A stretch of 64,000 bases of DNA from Octopus vulgaris. Its lineage: Eukaryota. The first letter of the stretch is position 1. Each line of letters opens with the position of its first letter. A program made the translations under genes and the position numbers. The notes under the pieces were generated by a model. That model saw nothing but the letters and a program-made list of their open reading frames with translations. It did not search any database and was not told the DNA's origin. This document shows positions 12,191 through 24,917 of this stretch, in pieces. The stretch lies in assembly GCA_951406725.2 (NCBI GenBank), contig OX597821.1, positions 58,962,001 to 59,026,000 on the forward strand, in the 5' to 3' direction.

Positions 12191-12989
12191 GTGTTTTTAG
12201 TGTTTATTCTTTCACACCACCACCACTTGACAACCGGTGTTGGTTTGTTTATGTTGCCTTAGAGGTTTGGCAAAAGAGTCTAACAGAATAATTACCAGGC
12301 TTAACAATAAAGTACTGGAGTCAATTTGTTCAGCTAAACCCTTCAAGGTGGTGCCCCAGCATGGCCACAGTTAAGTGAATGAAACAAGTAAAAGATAAAA
12401 GATATTGCAATTCTGATAATAAATTTCCTAATTCTCAAACCATGCAAATGGCCGTCTTTCTTTTAACCTGAATTTAAAGTCATTTATTGATACTGTTATA
12501 CACTTGTAGCTTACTCATTGTCAAAACCCATGAAGTCACCACCAAAACCAACTGTTTTAATAATATTAGTTGCTGACTAATATTTTTTTCCTCCAATAAA
12601 TATTTATTTCCAATTACCATATTTAGTGCATGGGGCTATCACTAACATGCCTAATAACAGTACATTTAGTCCTAATGGAGTTGGTATTAGTTTACATTTG
12701 CTCTTGTTATTTCCCCCTGGTTGTTAATTGATAAATTATACTTGTTTTCCTGAAATACTTGCACTTTCCTTACCTTATGCCATTACAATTACACTCTTAC
12801 AGATTAATCATTAAAGGTACAAAAAAAAAAATGAAAGGGAAAAAACCAGGAAAAGCATTTTATTGTTGCATTTACTGCTACTACTTCTAAATTATTGAGT
12901 AACTGATACTAAAAGGATTAAGCTGTTTTAGTGGAGTAATAATTATAAGTCTAGACCAACTGACCAAAATAAATTGTGAGCCAATACCT

Positions 12990-13305
12990 ATTGCCCACCG
13001 TAATGTCTGGTTCTTGTTGTGGTTTGATGGCTTGTGTACCCCTATGATCTGGGGAGCTATGCCTTCCATACTGGACAGGCCAAAGGATAGAAGCCAACTA
13101 ATATGGACCACCTGTTTCTAGGGTAAAAATGGGTTTGTATAGGGCTAAAACCTCTATCTAGAGAAAAGCAATTACAGAAGCATTAGTGACAATTCAAAAC
13201 CAAGAAGATCTAGGAGGAGAAAAGACAGCCCTGAGTCATGAACAGTGGAGAGAAGTCGTTGATGGCCTTTGCTCCATAGGGAGCAAAGGGCTTAAGTAAG
13301 TAATG
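12990..13305 (+). mobile_element. Short RTE-derived non-autonomous element (5'UTR-like part joined to 3' end)
   Basis: 3' part CAGTGGAGAGAAGTCGTTGATGGCCTTTGCTCC (QWREVVDGLCS, RTE C-terminus-like) followed by a (TAAG)n tail. Confidence 0.5.
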
Positions 13306-14429
13306 TCTGTTATAGAAAGTTTGTAGTTTCTCCAAACAAGACACTTCTACTTTGTGAACTAAGTAGTAGATATCTTTTTTCTTTATTAGATTATTAGAAC
13401 CAGCTAATAAAAGGAACAAAAAAGAAAAAGATAAAAACATATCTCTTGAAGAGCAAAAGAGAAGCAATGTCTTTAATATTTGCTAATTTACCAAGTTTGC
13501 AGACATTGATGTAATTGAAGCTTATCTTGAGCATCTGCAGGTCAATGAGAAATATGGGCCTGGGAGGGTGGGAGTATTTTATAGGGTTTCAGGTATGGGT
13601 AAGAAGGACTTGGTGACGTGTTTCATATGAGGTTTAGTCTGTCCACTGTTAATTGCAGTAGATTATTATCCTATCTAAGGAAAGTCTTCTAATTTCCTGC
13701 TGGATTAACAAATTTGAGCTTAACACTAACTTTATGAACTGATTTGCTTTATGAAAATAACTATAAATAATAGGCATGGCTGTGTGATAAGAAGTTTGCT
13801 TCCCAACCACATGGTTTCAGGTTCAGTCCCACTGTGTGGCACTTTGGACAAGTGTCTTCTGCTATAGCCCCAGGCCAACCAAAACCTCGAAAGGATTTGG
13901 GAGCAGGAAATTGAACAGAAAACTGTCATTTATGTGTATGTGTGCACACATGTGCATGTGTGTATGTGTACAATTTTGTATGTGTTACTGTCTCCTTGTC
14001 TTGATATCATGTAATAGTTGCAAGCAAATGTCACCATTATGCAAGGAGGTGTCTTTCATTTCCAATTGTCTATGAAAACATGCCTGGTCATGAGGGTTAG
14101 CATCAGGAAGGGCAGCCAGCCATAGAAAAATCTGCTTCAGCAAATTTCATATAACCCATGTGAGCAGGGGAAAATGGGAATATAACACTTGGAACTTTCC
14201 ATTTAATTTGCCATTGATAAAATATAAGAGCATACAGCTTTCATAACTTAATTATTTCCTTAAACAAAAAGAAACGGAAAGAATTGTACCATCTTCTATC
14301 TCATCTAATTAACACCACACTTTATGAATTAATTTCTGTTCATGTGTTTAGACTTCCTTCAGATACATTCTTAACAATATTCTTATTAAAATGAAGTATT
14401 TGGCTTCTTATTCAAAATTAGGAACTGTT

Positions 14430-14725
14430 TCACTGGTACTAGTGCCATGAAAAAGAAACTGGTGCTGGTTCTACGTAAAAGGTATTGGTGACGATGTCAC
14501 ATAAGAAGCAGAGTTTCTGGTGCTACATAAAAAGCACTGGTGCTATGGAAAAAACACCCAGTACACTCTCTAAAGTGGTTGTCATTAGGAAGAGCATTCA
14601 GCTGCAGAAACCATGCCAAAGCAGGCAATGGAACCTGATGCAGCTTCTGGCCTTGTCAGCTCCTGTTAAACCATCCAACCCATGCCAGCATGGAAAACAG
14701 ATGTTAGATGATGATGATGATGACG
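14430..14725 (+). mobile_element. RTE LINE 3'UTR fragment with short tandem units
   Basis: Repeated AAAAGCACTGGTGCT-like units, then the conserved 3' box and (GAT)n tail. Confidence 0.7.
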
Positions 14726-15981
14726 CCGCCGATGCCGACAATTTTAGCACTGAGGGACTCATCATAATTCACTATTTCACTCTGATTCTCTGACTAATGG
14801 AATATCATTCATGAAATGCTGCATTCAAGGTCATCATCTTCATTAACAAAGCTGCTTTTACTAACAATCTTCATCTAATCCACTTTGAGCAAAGCTTTCA
14901 CTCACCACTTTTGTTAGATTTTCCCTTCCTGTAAAAGTTATTAATAATTAAATGCAATGGAAGTTCTTCACTGAATCCCTCATATGCTTATAGGGCTTCA
15001 AAGTCTTTTTTGCAATTCACATTCTTAATTTTCCCCATTTCCCATTAACATCTACATGGAAAATTTGGTTCTTGTCTAACATTTAAAAATATATTAGCTA
15101 AAATAATTGAAGTTTACTTAGGTTTTATCTCTACCATAAATGACAAAAAGCAAAAATCACTGTTGTATTTTATATTTATGGTTTTTCTTTACAAAAGAAT
15201 TATTTCTTCTAGAGTTTCATCATCTTTTCTGGTATATCCTTTAATAGTAATTAGTTCTTTTCCCTTTGTAATCATAGGAATATGAAAGGCTCACTGAGAG
15301 CTGCTGGCTTCCAATCTGTAATCCTCACGGATATCAAAATAGCAGTCAGCAACAGCAGTATCTCTTTAGCACAGTACATAATATTTTAAAATCTTGATGT
15401 AAGTCTACAATAAAGACTGATTAATTAATTAACCAGTTAATTAATTAATTAAAGAAATAATCCAAGGAAATTTGTGCTGGTTTGTATCAGGAGAAAAAAA
15501 AAATCGGTACATAGATGTAGGCGTAGTTTTGTGGTAAGAAGCATTGCTTCTCAGCCACATGGTTCCTGGTTCAGTCCCACTGCATGGCACCTTGAGCAAG
15601 TGTCTGCTACTATAGCCTTGTGTAGATCAAAGTCTTGTGAGTGGATTTAGTAGAGAGAAACTGAAAGAAGCCCATAGTGCATACATATTTTTTAATTCTT
15701 TTATTTGTTTCATTTAACTGCAGCCATGCTGGAGCACCGCCTCTAGTCGAACAAATTGATCCCAGGACTTATTCTTTGTAAGCCTAGTACTTGTTCTGTT
15801 GGTCTCTTTTTGCTGAACTGCTAAGTTACAGGAATGTAAACTCATCAACATTGGCGGTCAAGCGATGGTGGGGGGACAAACACAGAGACACAAACATATA
15901 CATAGTCCGGCCATCACCATGATTGACTGCTAGCTACTAAAGCTTTCTTTTTTTATTCTCTCCATTTATTTTCTCGTGTTC

Positions 15982-16017
15982 CTTTCTGTTGAAGAGCGTA
16001 GGTTCGAAACATAAAAG
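15982..16017 (+). ncRNA. Ultra-minimal hammerhead-like motif (degenerate)
   Basis: CTTT-CTGTTGA-A-GAGCgtagGTTC-GAAAC-ATA-AAAG: stem I CTTT/AAAG, stem II GAGC/GTTC. GAAACATA is one transition from GAAACGTA; core has A>T. Confidence 0.5.
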
Positions 16018-16335
16018 ACTTTCTCACCTTCCCGACGGTTAAACTAATATACCTGTTTGTTGTTTACACACCTGTCTTCATCTTTTGTTTTTTGTAAATT
16101 CCAACTATATACATACATAATTTTTTGATAATTTTTTTCATTCCTCTGTTTATACTTTATCTAATAGGAATAATATAATACACCTAATGATAATAATAAT
16201 TCATTCCTTTGTATGCATATACATATACATATAAATGTATAGATATGTATTTATGTATATTTATATATATGTATGTATATGTAAAAGTGTGTATATATGT
16301 ATGTATTTATAACTTAACCTTATGAACTTTCTAAA

Positions 16336-16459
16336 CTCTCTGACGAAGCCCAGAGGCACACCCAAGTACCTTAATCTTATTTACCAAATACTTCAGTTCA
16401 CTGAAGGGATGGGAGTAAAGTTGGGTACTATAACCTCTTGGCTGAAAAAGCTGTAAGAT
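16336..16459 (+). ncRNA. Hammerhead ribozyme-like motif with ~97-nt rod-like stem II
   Basis: CTCT-CTGACGA-AGCCCAGAGG...AGTACC...CTTCAGTtcACTGAAG...GGTACT...CCTCTTGGCT-GAAA-AAGCT-GTA-AGA. One change from the palindromic GAAACAGCTGTA. Confidence 0.62.
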
Positions 16460-16715
16460 ACTATTCTACTTCCTATGCTCTATGTTATATATTTTAATAA
16501 TTACTGGTATTCTCATATTTTTATATATTGTATATGTAAAGCATATGTTATACATGTATGTATATTGTTGTAATGGTTTTAAAAAAAAAAAATAAATAGA
16601 CATAATATAATGTCTAAAAGTTAATGAATACCACCTCTTGATCCCCTCCATTTTCTTATTGCTGTATACATACATATATATATATATATATATACATATA
16701 TATACATATACATAT

Positions 16716-17613
16716 AAGCACGACCTTCGAACTTTAGGTCTCACCAAGGAAATGACCAGTGACCGAGACCTTTGGAGGTATGCTGTGCGTGAGAAAACCC
16801 GGCAAGACCAGTGAGAACAGTCAAAATCAAGATCAAACCAAATTGAGGTCGATCAACATCAGGGCCCCCGTGCAGGTGACACGTAAAAGTACCATCCGTT
16901 CGTAGCCGTTCGCCAGCCCTGTCTGGCCCCCGTGTAGGTGGCACGTAAAAGCACCATCCGTTCGTGTTCGTTGCCAGCCTGGCCTGGCCCCCGTGCTGGT
17001 GACACGTAAAAGTACCATCCGTTTGTGGCCGTTTGCCAGCTCTGTCTGGCCCCCGTGCCGGTGACACGTAAAAGCATCATCCGTTCGTGTCCGTTGCCAG
17101 CCTCGCCTGGCCCCCGTGCCGGTGACACGTAAAAGCACCATCCGTTCGTGGCCGTTTGCCAGCCCTGTCTGGCCCCCGTGTCGGTGGCATGTAAAAGCAC
17201 CATCCGTTCGTGCCCGTTGCCAGCCTCGCCTGGCCCCCGTGCCGGTGACACGTAAAAGCACCATCCGTTTCGTGGCCGTTTGCCAGCTCTGTCTGGCCCC
17301 CGTGTTGGTGGCACGTAAAAGCACCATCCGTTCGTGTCCGTTGCCAGCCTCGCCTGGCCCCGTGCCGGTGACACGTAAAAGCACCATCCGTTCGTGGCCG
17401 TTTGCCAGCTCTGTCTGGCACCTGTGCAGGTGGCACGTAAAAAGCACCCACTACACTCACGGAGTGATTGGCGTTAGGAAGGGCATCCAGCCGTAGAAAC
17501 ACTGCCAGATCTGACTGGGCCTGATGAAGCCTTCCAGCTTCACAGACCCCAGTTGAACCGTCCAACCCATGCTAGCATGGAGAACGGACGCTAAATGATG
17601 ATGATGATGATGA

Positions 17614-17616
<3 letters not shown>
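16716..17616 (+). mobile_element. Young 5'-truncated RTE LINE (ORF end, 3'UTR and tail)
   Basis: 16716-16814 encodes KHDLRTLGLTKEMTSDRDLWRYAVREKTRQDQ*. CpG-rich 3'UTR; (ATG)n tail; inserted between (TA)n runs. Confidence 0.85.
16863..17448 (+). repeat. Minisatellite of nine alternating 61/62-bp units plus a partial tenth, inside the LINE 3'UTR
   Basis: Unit GGCCCCCGTGCCGGTGACACGTAAAAGCACCATCCGTTCGTG followed alternately by GCCGTTTGCCAGCTCTGTCT (A) or TCCGTTGCCAGCCTCGCCT (B). Confidence 0.95.
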
Positions 17617-17661
<45 letters not shown>

Positions 17662-17823
17662 ACGATGGGCTTCTTTCAGTTTCTGTCTGCCAAATCAACT
17701 CAGAAGGTTTTGGTCAGCCCAAAGCTATAGTAGAAGACATCTACCTACGGTGCTACGCAACGGGACTGAACCCGGCACCATGTGGTTGGTAAGCAAGCTA
17801 CTTACCACACAGCCACTCCTGCG

Positions 17824-17914
<91 letters not shown>

Positions 17915-18194
17915 TTAATATAAAAAGAAACATTCTAAGTTTGATCTTTGTATCTTATTGCAGAGTAGTTTTACAAAATATCACTAACTACTTTGTCTTT
18001 TAATTTAACCTCTTTGCTTTCTATTTTTAAATATTTTCAATATTTACTTTTAATGAAGCAATAACTATTTCACTGTTTGCTTTTAATGTAGGTGGATATA
18101 TGCTTGATACCGAGACTGTCTGTGCGAAAGCAATAGATATTTGAACACTTTTTAGAGATGATGATGGTATATTTTAATCAATTGCTTACAACTG

Positions 18195-18420
18195 CTGAGG
18201 ATGATAATGATGAGGAGGATAATAGTGGGGGCAGATGGGGCGGTGATAATGATGAGAACGATGACGGAAATGACAAAGAAGATGATGGTGATGATGATGA
18301 TGATGGTGATGGTAGTGGTGGTGATGATGAAAATGATGATGATGGTGTAGGGGAGGGTGATAATGGGGGTGAGAATGGTGACGATGGTGATGGCAGGGGA
18401 TGGAAGGATGGGGTGACAAT
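18195..18420. repeat. Degenerate (GAT/GGT)n low-complexity tract
   Basis: Explains the D/G-rich and His-rich ORFs on opposite strands. Confidence 0.85.
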
Positions 18421-19476
18421 GATTTATGAGTTAGTTAATTTTATATTCATAACCACACCTTTTCTCTTACTAGCAGCCAATATAGGTAATATCTCATCCG
18501 TTGCAAACATTAAAGTGAGTCATTGATTTTAGAGAGAAGAAATTTATTTTCTAATTAAAACTTCAAAATACATTTAGATTGATCTGACGAGAGCTCAGCA
18601 TACTGTGTTAGAGACACAAATAAATTGAAGCTTTAAGACACATGGATAGTTTGCGATATCCATTACTGCAACGACTCAAAATTCAGTTACTTGGTCATCT
18701 CTGATGAAGCAGACCTATGATCAGAGACATTCTAGCCATGAATGGTTTAGAGTATAAAGCATCAGGGGAGTACAGAGTATAATAGTGGTTTCAAATTTGG
18801 CATAAGGTCAGGAATTTTGTGGGAGGAGGTAAGCCAGTTACATCGACCCCAGTGCTCAGCTGGTACTATTTTATCGACTCTTAAAGGATGAAAGGTAAAG
18901 TCAACCTTGGCAGATCAGTCCATTCTGCAGAGTTGTTGGTGTTAGGAAGGGCATCCAGCTGTAAAAACCATGCCAAAACACAGCGAATCATGGTGCCTAG
19001 TCAGTGCCTGTCAAACCATCCAACCCATACTAGCATGGAAAGTGGATGTTAAATGATGAGGATGATGAATTGACCCCAGTACTTTTTTAAGCCTGATACT
19101 AATTCTATCAGCCTCTTTTGCCAAACTGCTAAGTTACAGGGGTGTGACACACACACACACACACACACACACATAAAACAAGCTTCTTTCAGTTTCCATT
19201 TATCAGATCCACTCACAAGGCTTTGGTTGGCCTGAGGCTATAGTAGAAGACATTTGCCCAAGGTGTCATGTAATGAGACTGAATTTGTAACCATATGGTT
19301 TGAAAGCAATGTTCTTACCACACTGCCATGCCCACACCTAGCATATCCTTTTGAACTGTTTGATGGTTACTAATAAATTGAAAATTACCCATTAAATGCT
19401 GTTTGTACAGCGTATCTGTAATGGAACTGTTTAAATTCTCTCCTTCACTGATGTATCTTTATTCTTACTTATTTAG

Positions 19477-19514
19477 TGTTTATGGAAAACAAACATGCAC
19501 TATCTTCACCATGG
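19477..19514 (+). CDS. Candidate small exon, possibly containing the start codon (CACC-ATG-G|gtaaga)
   Basis: Strong acceptor ctttattcttacttatttag and donor GTAAGA; Kozak-like ATG at 19511; unique sequence. Confidence 0.35.
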
Positions 19515-20214
19515 GTAAGATAAAGTGGAAAAGGAAACTTATTTTAAATTGTATGTTTTTTTTTTTAATTTCACAGTTTATATTTTAACGAAGACATTTG
19601 ATTGATAAGATTATTAGGAGAAATGAGAATTTATAGTATTTCCTAGTACCCTGTAAATGACACGATGGCTTGCAGAAATTATCAGTTCTTTATTTATTTA
19701 GTCTTGACAAACAGAATATAAATGCTCTCTATGGTTGAAGATATATAAAGGCCATGCTATATAAATATACAATATTTAGAGTTGCTATTACTGAAGTATA
19801 AAAGGCCATACTGCATTAATAAATATGGAAGTGTTTTTGATGGTCTTTGGCTGCTATTTATAGAACAAACCATTTTTTGCTCTTAAGTCCTTCCCCCACT
19901 TTGAAGCAACAGCTTATAAAATAAACTATGGTTATTTCTGTCTTTCACTCAAGTTTGAAATGGTTTTTCTTTTTTTGTTGAAGTGTATCTTCGTTTTCTT
20001 GATTTATATTTTCTCAACCACCTCTTTAAATTTGTTGTGAAACAATTCTCAATTACTATTTATCTTTCTTATCATTAATTATATTCTTTATAGAATAATC
20101 TCAAAAACACACTGATTTCTTTTAAATTTTATTTATTGCTTTTGTCACAATTTATGAATATGAATTTGTGGCCAAACTTTGTGTCTTTTCTTTTTTTGCC
20201 CTATTTTGAAACAC

Positions 20215-20940
20215 TCAACATTTTGCCTCCCATGGGAGTCACTGATGGCTCTCCGTGCTATATTCTTGGTAGTCAAGACTACCATGGTAGTCAACAGTGA
20301 CTCCTTATGCTATGTTCTTAACATAGCATAGAATGTCTCCAGTGACTCTCCATGCTGTGTTCATTTTATACCATGGGAGTCACCAGTGACTCCCAATGGT
20401 GAGTTCTTTCTCTATGGAACCTCACATTACTGTAGTTCAAACTACATTATTTGAATTTTAGGAAATGTACACAGTACATTTATTTGTATTTCTCAGGTGG
20501 GTTTTCAATTTGAATCAATAGAAGCTGAATTAGGACAGTAAGAAGGATGCAGGTCACTGTCATCTCCATCATTTGAGTGCTGCCATCGACAAAATAATTT
20601 TTCTGAAAAAGAAGCTATTGAGGCTTATATATATAATCTGTTTTAAAAAATTCATAAATAAATGGAAAAAACATCCCTAAATGAAGGTATAATAGGCATT
20701 TTAATACTTTTTAATGTGTATCACCTGTAACTTTCACAATACAGAATGAATATAATATTTGTTCTATACCTTGGGAGTTACTGGAGACACTCAAACTGTA
20801 AGTCATTGTGGTAGCTTATATGGTGAGCTAGAACATATATACGGTTAAAAAAATTTTTAAATGCATAATTTATGGCAAAATTAGACCACTTGTGCAAAAG
20901 AAAATATGGCACAGAATGGGATTGGTAGACAAAATGTTAA
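20215..20940. mobile_element. piggyBac-like non-autonomous element with palindromic subterminal repeats
   Basis: Termini TCAA-CATTTTGCCTCCCA / TGGTAGACAAAATG-TTAA. About five copies of a GGGAGTCAC-nn-GTGACTCCC palindrome (best at 20375-20394). Confidence 0.65.
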
Positions 20941-21840
20941 ATAAGCAACAAGAAATTATGGCACAAAATGAGCTTGGTTGAGAAAATGTTAAATTAGTTA
21001 CAATAAGAGAGCTCTGTACAAGATGTCACTTTGATCACCTCAGAATATTGCAGTGTGTTCTGGAAAATTTGTTGGTGACATACACTAGAAACAGGAAACC
21101 TCTACTGAATTTGAAAATAAAACTGGGTGTGGAGAAGTTGTTTGATGATGTCCTTCAAACTAACAATAACCTAGTATATCAGGTTATGACCTTTGGCTCA
21201 GCTTCTTTCAGACCACTTGACCTTTTAGCTATAATGAATTCAGTCAGGGAATAAAATAGAGTGTGATTGAATTTGATCAGTATTTTAACAAGCTGGGTGC
21301 AACTTTGGCTTCAGGTGTAAAGGTATAATATGTATTTAAACGAGGATACTACTGCATTCAATTGGACATAGAATATGTCTGTTTCCTTTCAAGTTGAAGC
21401 AAGGTTTCTTATTTTTTGCTTGTTTTTAGTAAATTAGGTCAAGGATAGCTTTAGGCCAGTTGCACCAATTGTTTTCATGCATAAGGAGATATCATGTTCA
21501 GAACAGACTGAATGTCCTTGTTATTGTGTAGCTCCTCAGTCAGTTCTGATCTTGTAGACCTAGTAGTGCAGAAGTTAGATCATCATCATCTTCATTGTTT
21601 TTAATGGCCATTTTCCCTTTCTTGCATGGATGACATAGAATTCTTTGAGGTAGATTTCCTACATCCAGATACCCTTCCTGTTGCCAACCCTTACCCATTT
21701 CCATCCAAAGTCATATTTCCGCATTGCCAGATATGTTTTCTTAGAATAATGGATATGAACAACACTGCTTGTGTGACAGTGACACTCATTTACAATTATC
21801 ACAAGCTGTCAAGACTGGGAAGATGCTGACACACACACAC

Positions 21841-22110
21841 TATTAGTTCATCCATCATTGTCAACAGTGACCAAGGACATTACATAGGAAAAGAAGATGG
21901 AGCAGGGTGTGTCTGGCTGTGGCCAATAATTCAGATGCCTGCTCAGAAGGCCCTGCTGCAAGTCGGGCACTGGTGGTCTGCCGAGACTGAAGGTGAGGAG
22001 TCAGTTCTGGACTTGTATAGTTTACATTTTCTTTGTGCCCCTGCAATCCTGTTCTGTTTGTAGGAGATTGCACTACTGTTGGTGCAAGTTCACCAGGCAG
22101 GGCAGTCTAA
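21841..22110 (-). mobile_element. RTE/BovB-like LINE 3' fragment with C2H2 finger remnant
   Basis: Reverse strand DHQCPTCSRAF*AGI*IIGHSQTH resembles the CPxCxRxFxAxIGLxSHxRxH C-terminal motif. Confidence 0.7.
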
Positions 22111-22954
22111 ACCCCCCCCCCCCCCACACACACACACACATGACATGCTTCTTTCAGTTTCTGTCTACAAAATCCACTCTCAAGGTTTTGGTTGGCCGAA
22201 GACTATAATAAAAGACACTTGTCCAAGGTTCTATGCAGTGGAACTGTATCTCAAGAGGTACAGGTGGGATTGTGATGGTTAAGAAACTTCCCAACCACTT
22301 AATTCCAGGTTCAGTCCCACTGTGTAGCACCTTGGGCAAGTATCTTCTACATTAGCTCTGAGCTGACCAATGCTTTGTAAGTGTATTTGGAAATGTATGG
22401 AAGGCCATCTATATGTAGGTGTGTGTGTGTGTGTATGTGTCTTTGTGTTGTTTCAGCAAAAGAGACCAACAGAATAGGTACCAGACTGCAGAAAAAAAAG
22501 TAATGAGGTTGATTTATTCAATTAAAATCCTTCAAGCCAATGCCCCAGCATGGCCACAGTTGAATAACTGAAACAGTTAAAAGATAAAAGATACAATTTT
22601 GGTAGTGCAGTTTTTAGCACAGCAGACTTAGTAGCTTCTGAATCATTGTTTTGATGCACAGATTTCACCTTGAGATAGCTGTCTTATTAAGGTTTAGCTT
22701 CAGTTAAACAGTATTATTAATATTCATGTTTTAAGTTATCAATACAAATGTACTTTTATTTAGATTTTTCCAAAAATGTTAATTTGAGCAATCATAACTG
22801 TTACATAACCTTAGAATTTAAGGTAAAAAAGTTCAGTTGATTGCTTATAGTGATAAACTGTCACAATGTAAATAAGTTTCATTTAAAATATCTTTTAAAT
22901 CCTGCTAAGATAAAATCAAACTTCCACATGCAACTTTTCAGAAATTTCCCTATA

Positions 22955-23370
22955 CAGGCATACCCCAACTTACATCTGTAATTTGTTCCAAAACATGTGA
23001 CGTAATGCAAACAATGACATAATATGGAAAAACATTTAAAAAATCATTTATTAACTCATCTCTGTTTTAATAAATGATTTGTACATATTTTCATATGTAT
23101 TTTATTTGATTTTCCACTTCAGTATTAATTTGTATGTGTTTTTTTAATTTTTATGCTTTTAAATATGTTTACTGAGATGGACATAAAGTTGTTTAAACTG
23201 ACTGGAGCTGAGGTTTATTTTTTTCCATTAAATTCTTTATACAACTTTGATTTTTACAAATGTCATTCATAAATTTATTTAAATTTCAAAATTATTGTAA
23301 ATCTTCAATAATAGACTTTGTAACCCTAAATATATCATGTGCATAAAAATTAATCATAATCAGGGCATCT
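22955..23370. mobile_element. pogo/Tigger-like MITE remnant
   Basis: TA-CAGGCATACCCCAACTTAC left end; degenerate CATAATCAGGGCAT right end. Confidence 0.4.
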
Positions 23371-23813
23371 TTGATCAGAGAATGACTCAGTTAAAGCTGA
23401 GCTGTTGGTAAACAACTACACTATATAACATATGAGCCATTTCATATGGCTCCGCTTTTGTAGCAGAAAGCCAGTGTCACTTTATAGTTGAATGCTTGCC
23501 TGTAAGAAAGTGATACAGCTGTAGAAGTCTTTGCTTCAATAATTCACATAAAAACGAACTAGTTTGTTAGTTTTGAAAACCATTTCAACTATTTTAACGT
23601 GGTGGGAAAAATAAATGTAAAACTGTTAAAATATACTTAAGAGTTTTTCTGTTGCTGACATTGCACGTCTACTGGAACATATAATTAGTCAAACTGTAAA
23701 TCTTGCTGTCATCAAGTTGAAAGGATCAGGGGGAATAAAATGTATAAAGTACAGATTTAAAACTAGTTATTTCCGTTCATTTTACAGAAGATATAACTTT
23801 TGATTGTTGCCAG

Positions 23814-23844
23814 CTAGCGGAGACTTAGAAAAGTTGATTGATAT
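23814..23844 (+). CDS. Candidate micro-exon (xSGDLEKLID)
   Basis: Acceptor ttttgattgttgccag, donor GTATGT; open in phase 1 to 2. A stronger upstream acceptor (exon start 23788) would make it non-coding. Confidence 0.3.
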
Positions 23845-24917
23845 GTATGTTGTTGTTTCGAAGAGACTCCCAAGGAAAATTTTATTGAATTGCTAAATTT
23901 GAAATATCATCATCATCACATCTACTTTTCCATGCTTGCATGTACCAGATGGAGTTTATTGAGGGCAAATTTTTTATGGCCATATGCCCTCACCTGTATC
24001 CAAACAAGGTGATATTTTCTCATGGCCAGACATATTTCCACAGAATTTTGGCAATGAAATAACATCCATTTGCAACAATCGGGCAATGTCAAGACAAGGA
24101 GACACAAACATACACACACTCATACATACATATGTAGGTGCGGGCATGGCTGTGTGGTTAGGAAGCTTGCTTCCCAGCCACATGGTTTCAGGTTCAGTCC
24201 CACTACATGGCACCTTGGGCAAGTGTCTTCTGCTATAGCCCCGGGCCAACTGAAGCTTGGTAATTGAATTTGGTAGATGGAAGTTACTGCTGCATGTGTA
24301 TGTGTGTGTACATGATTGTACCTCTCCAAGAGAGAGAGAGAGGGATATCATCATCATTTACATCAATTTTCCATGCTGGCATGGGTTGGATGGTTTGACA
24401 GGACCTGGCAAGCCACAGGGCTGCATCGGGCTCCAGTCTTAGCTTTGACATGGTTTCTGTAGCTGGATGCCCTTCCTAATGCCAACCACCTTAGAGTTTT
24501 TATTGGGTACTTTTTCATGCCATCAACACTGGTACACACACACACAGAGGCTTCTTTCAGCTTTGATCTATCAAATCCACTCACAAGGCTTTAGTTGGCC
24601 TGAGGCTATAGTAGAAGACACTTGCCAAAGGTACCATGCAGTGGGACTGAACCCAGGAACCCTTCTTAATCTAGTGAACCATATATGCTCATTTATCTTT
24701 CTCTTCCATCTTTTACCTGCTTCAGTCATTGTACTGTAGCCATGCCAAGGGTTTTTTGTCAAATGAATCAAACACAGTACTTATTTTAGGTTTGGTTCTT
24801 ATTCTATTGGTCTTTTCTGCCAAACTGCTAAGTTACAGGGATGTAAACACACCAACACCAGTTATCAAGTAGTGCGGGACAAACAGAGACACAAAGACGC
24901 ACATGCATAGACATATA

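Noticed and set aside
16863-17448. CRISPR-like repeat/spacer array and overlapping long ORFs (up to 204 aa)
   Set aside because: The 'spacers' are two fixed alternating variants, there are no cas genes, and the context is a eukaryotic LINE 3'UTR. The ORFs are by-products of a GC-rich tandem repeat.
17521-17545. CTGATGAAGC...GCTTCACAG as another hammerhead
   Set aside because: No GAAA box or cleavage triplet follows, and other LINE copies read CTGGTGCAGCC here. Similar lone CTGAnGA hits at 3568, 18584, 18701 and 45024 also lack the full architecture.
18158-18526. Acidic D/G-rich ORF and antisense His-rich ORF
   Set aside because: Degenerate trinucleotide tract with no flanking splice or coding support.
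20497-20537. Possible exon VGFQFESIEAELG with a GTAAGA donor
   Set aside because: It lies inside the piggyBac-like element and is more likely a transposon remnant or chance.
21992-22062. Apparent short intron (GTGAGG...TTTGTAG)
   Set aside because: The region is explained as the antisense of an RTE C-terminal zinc-finger fragment.
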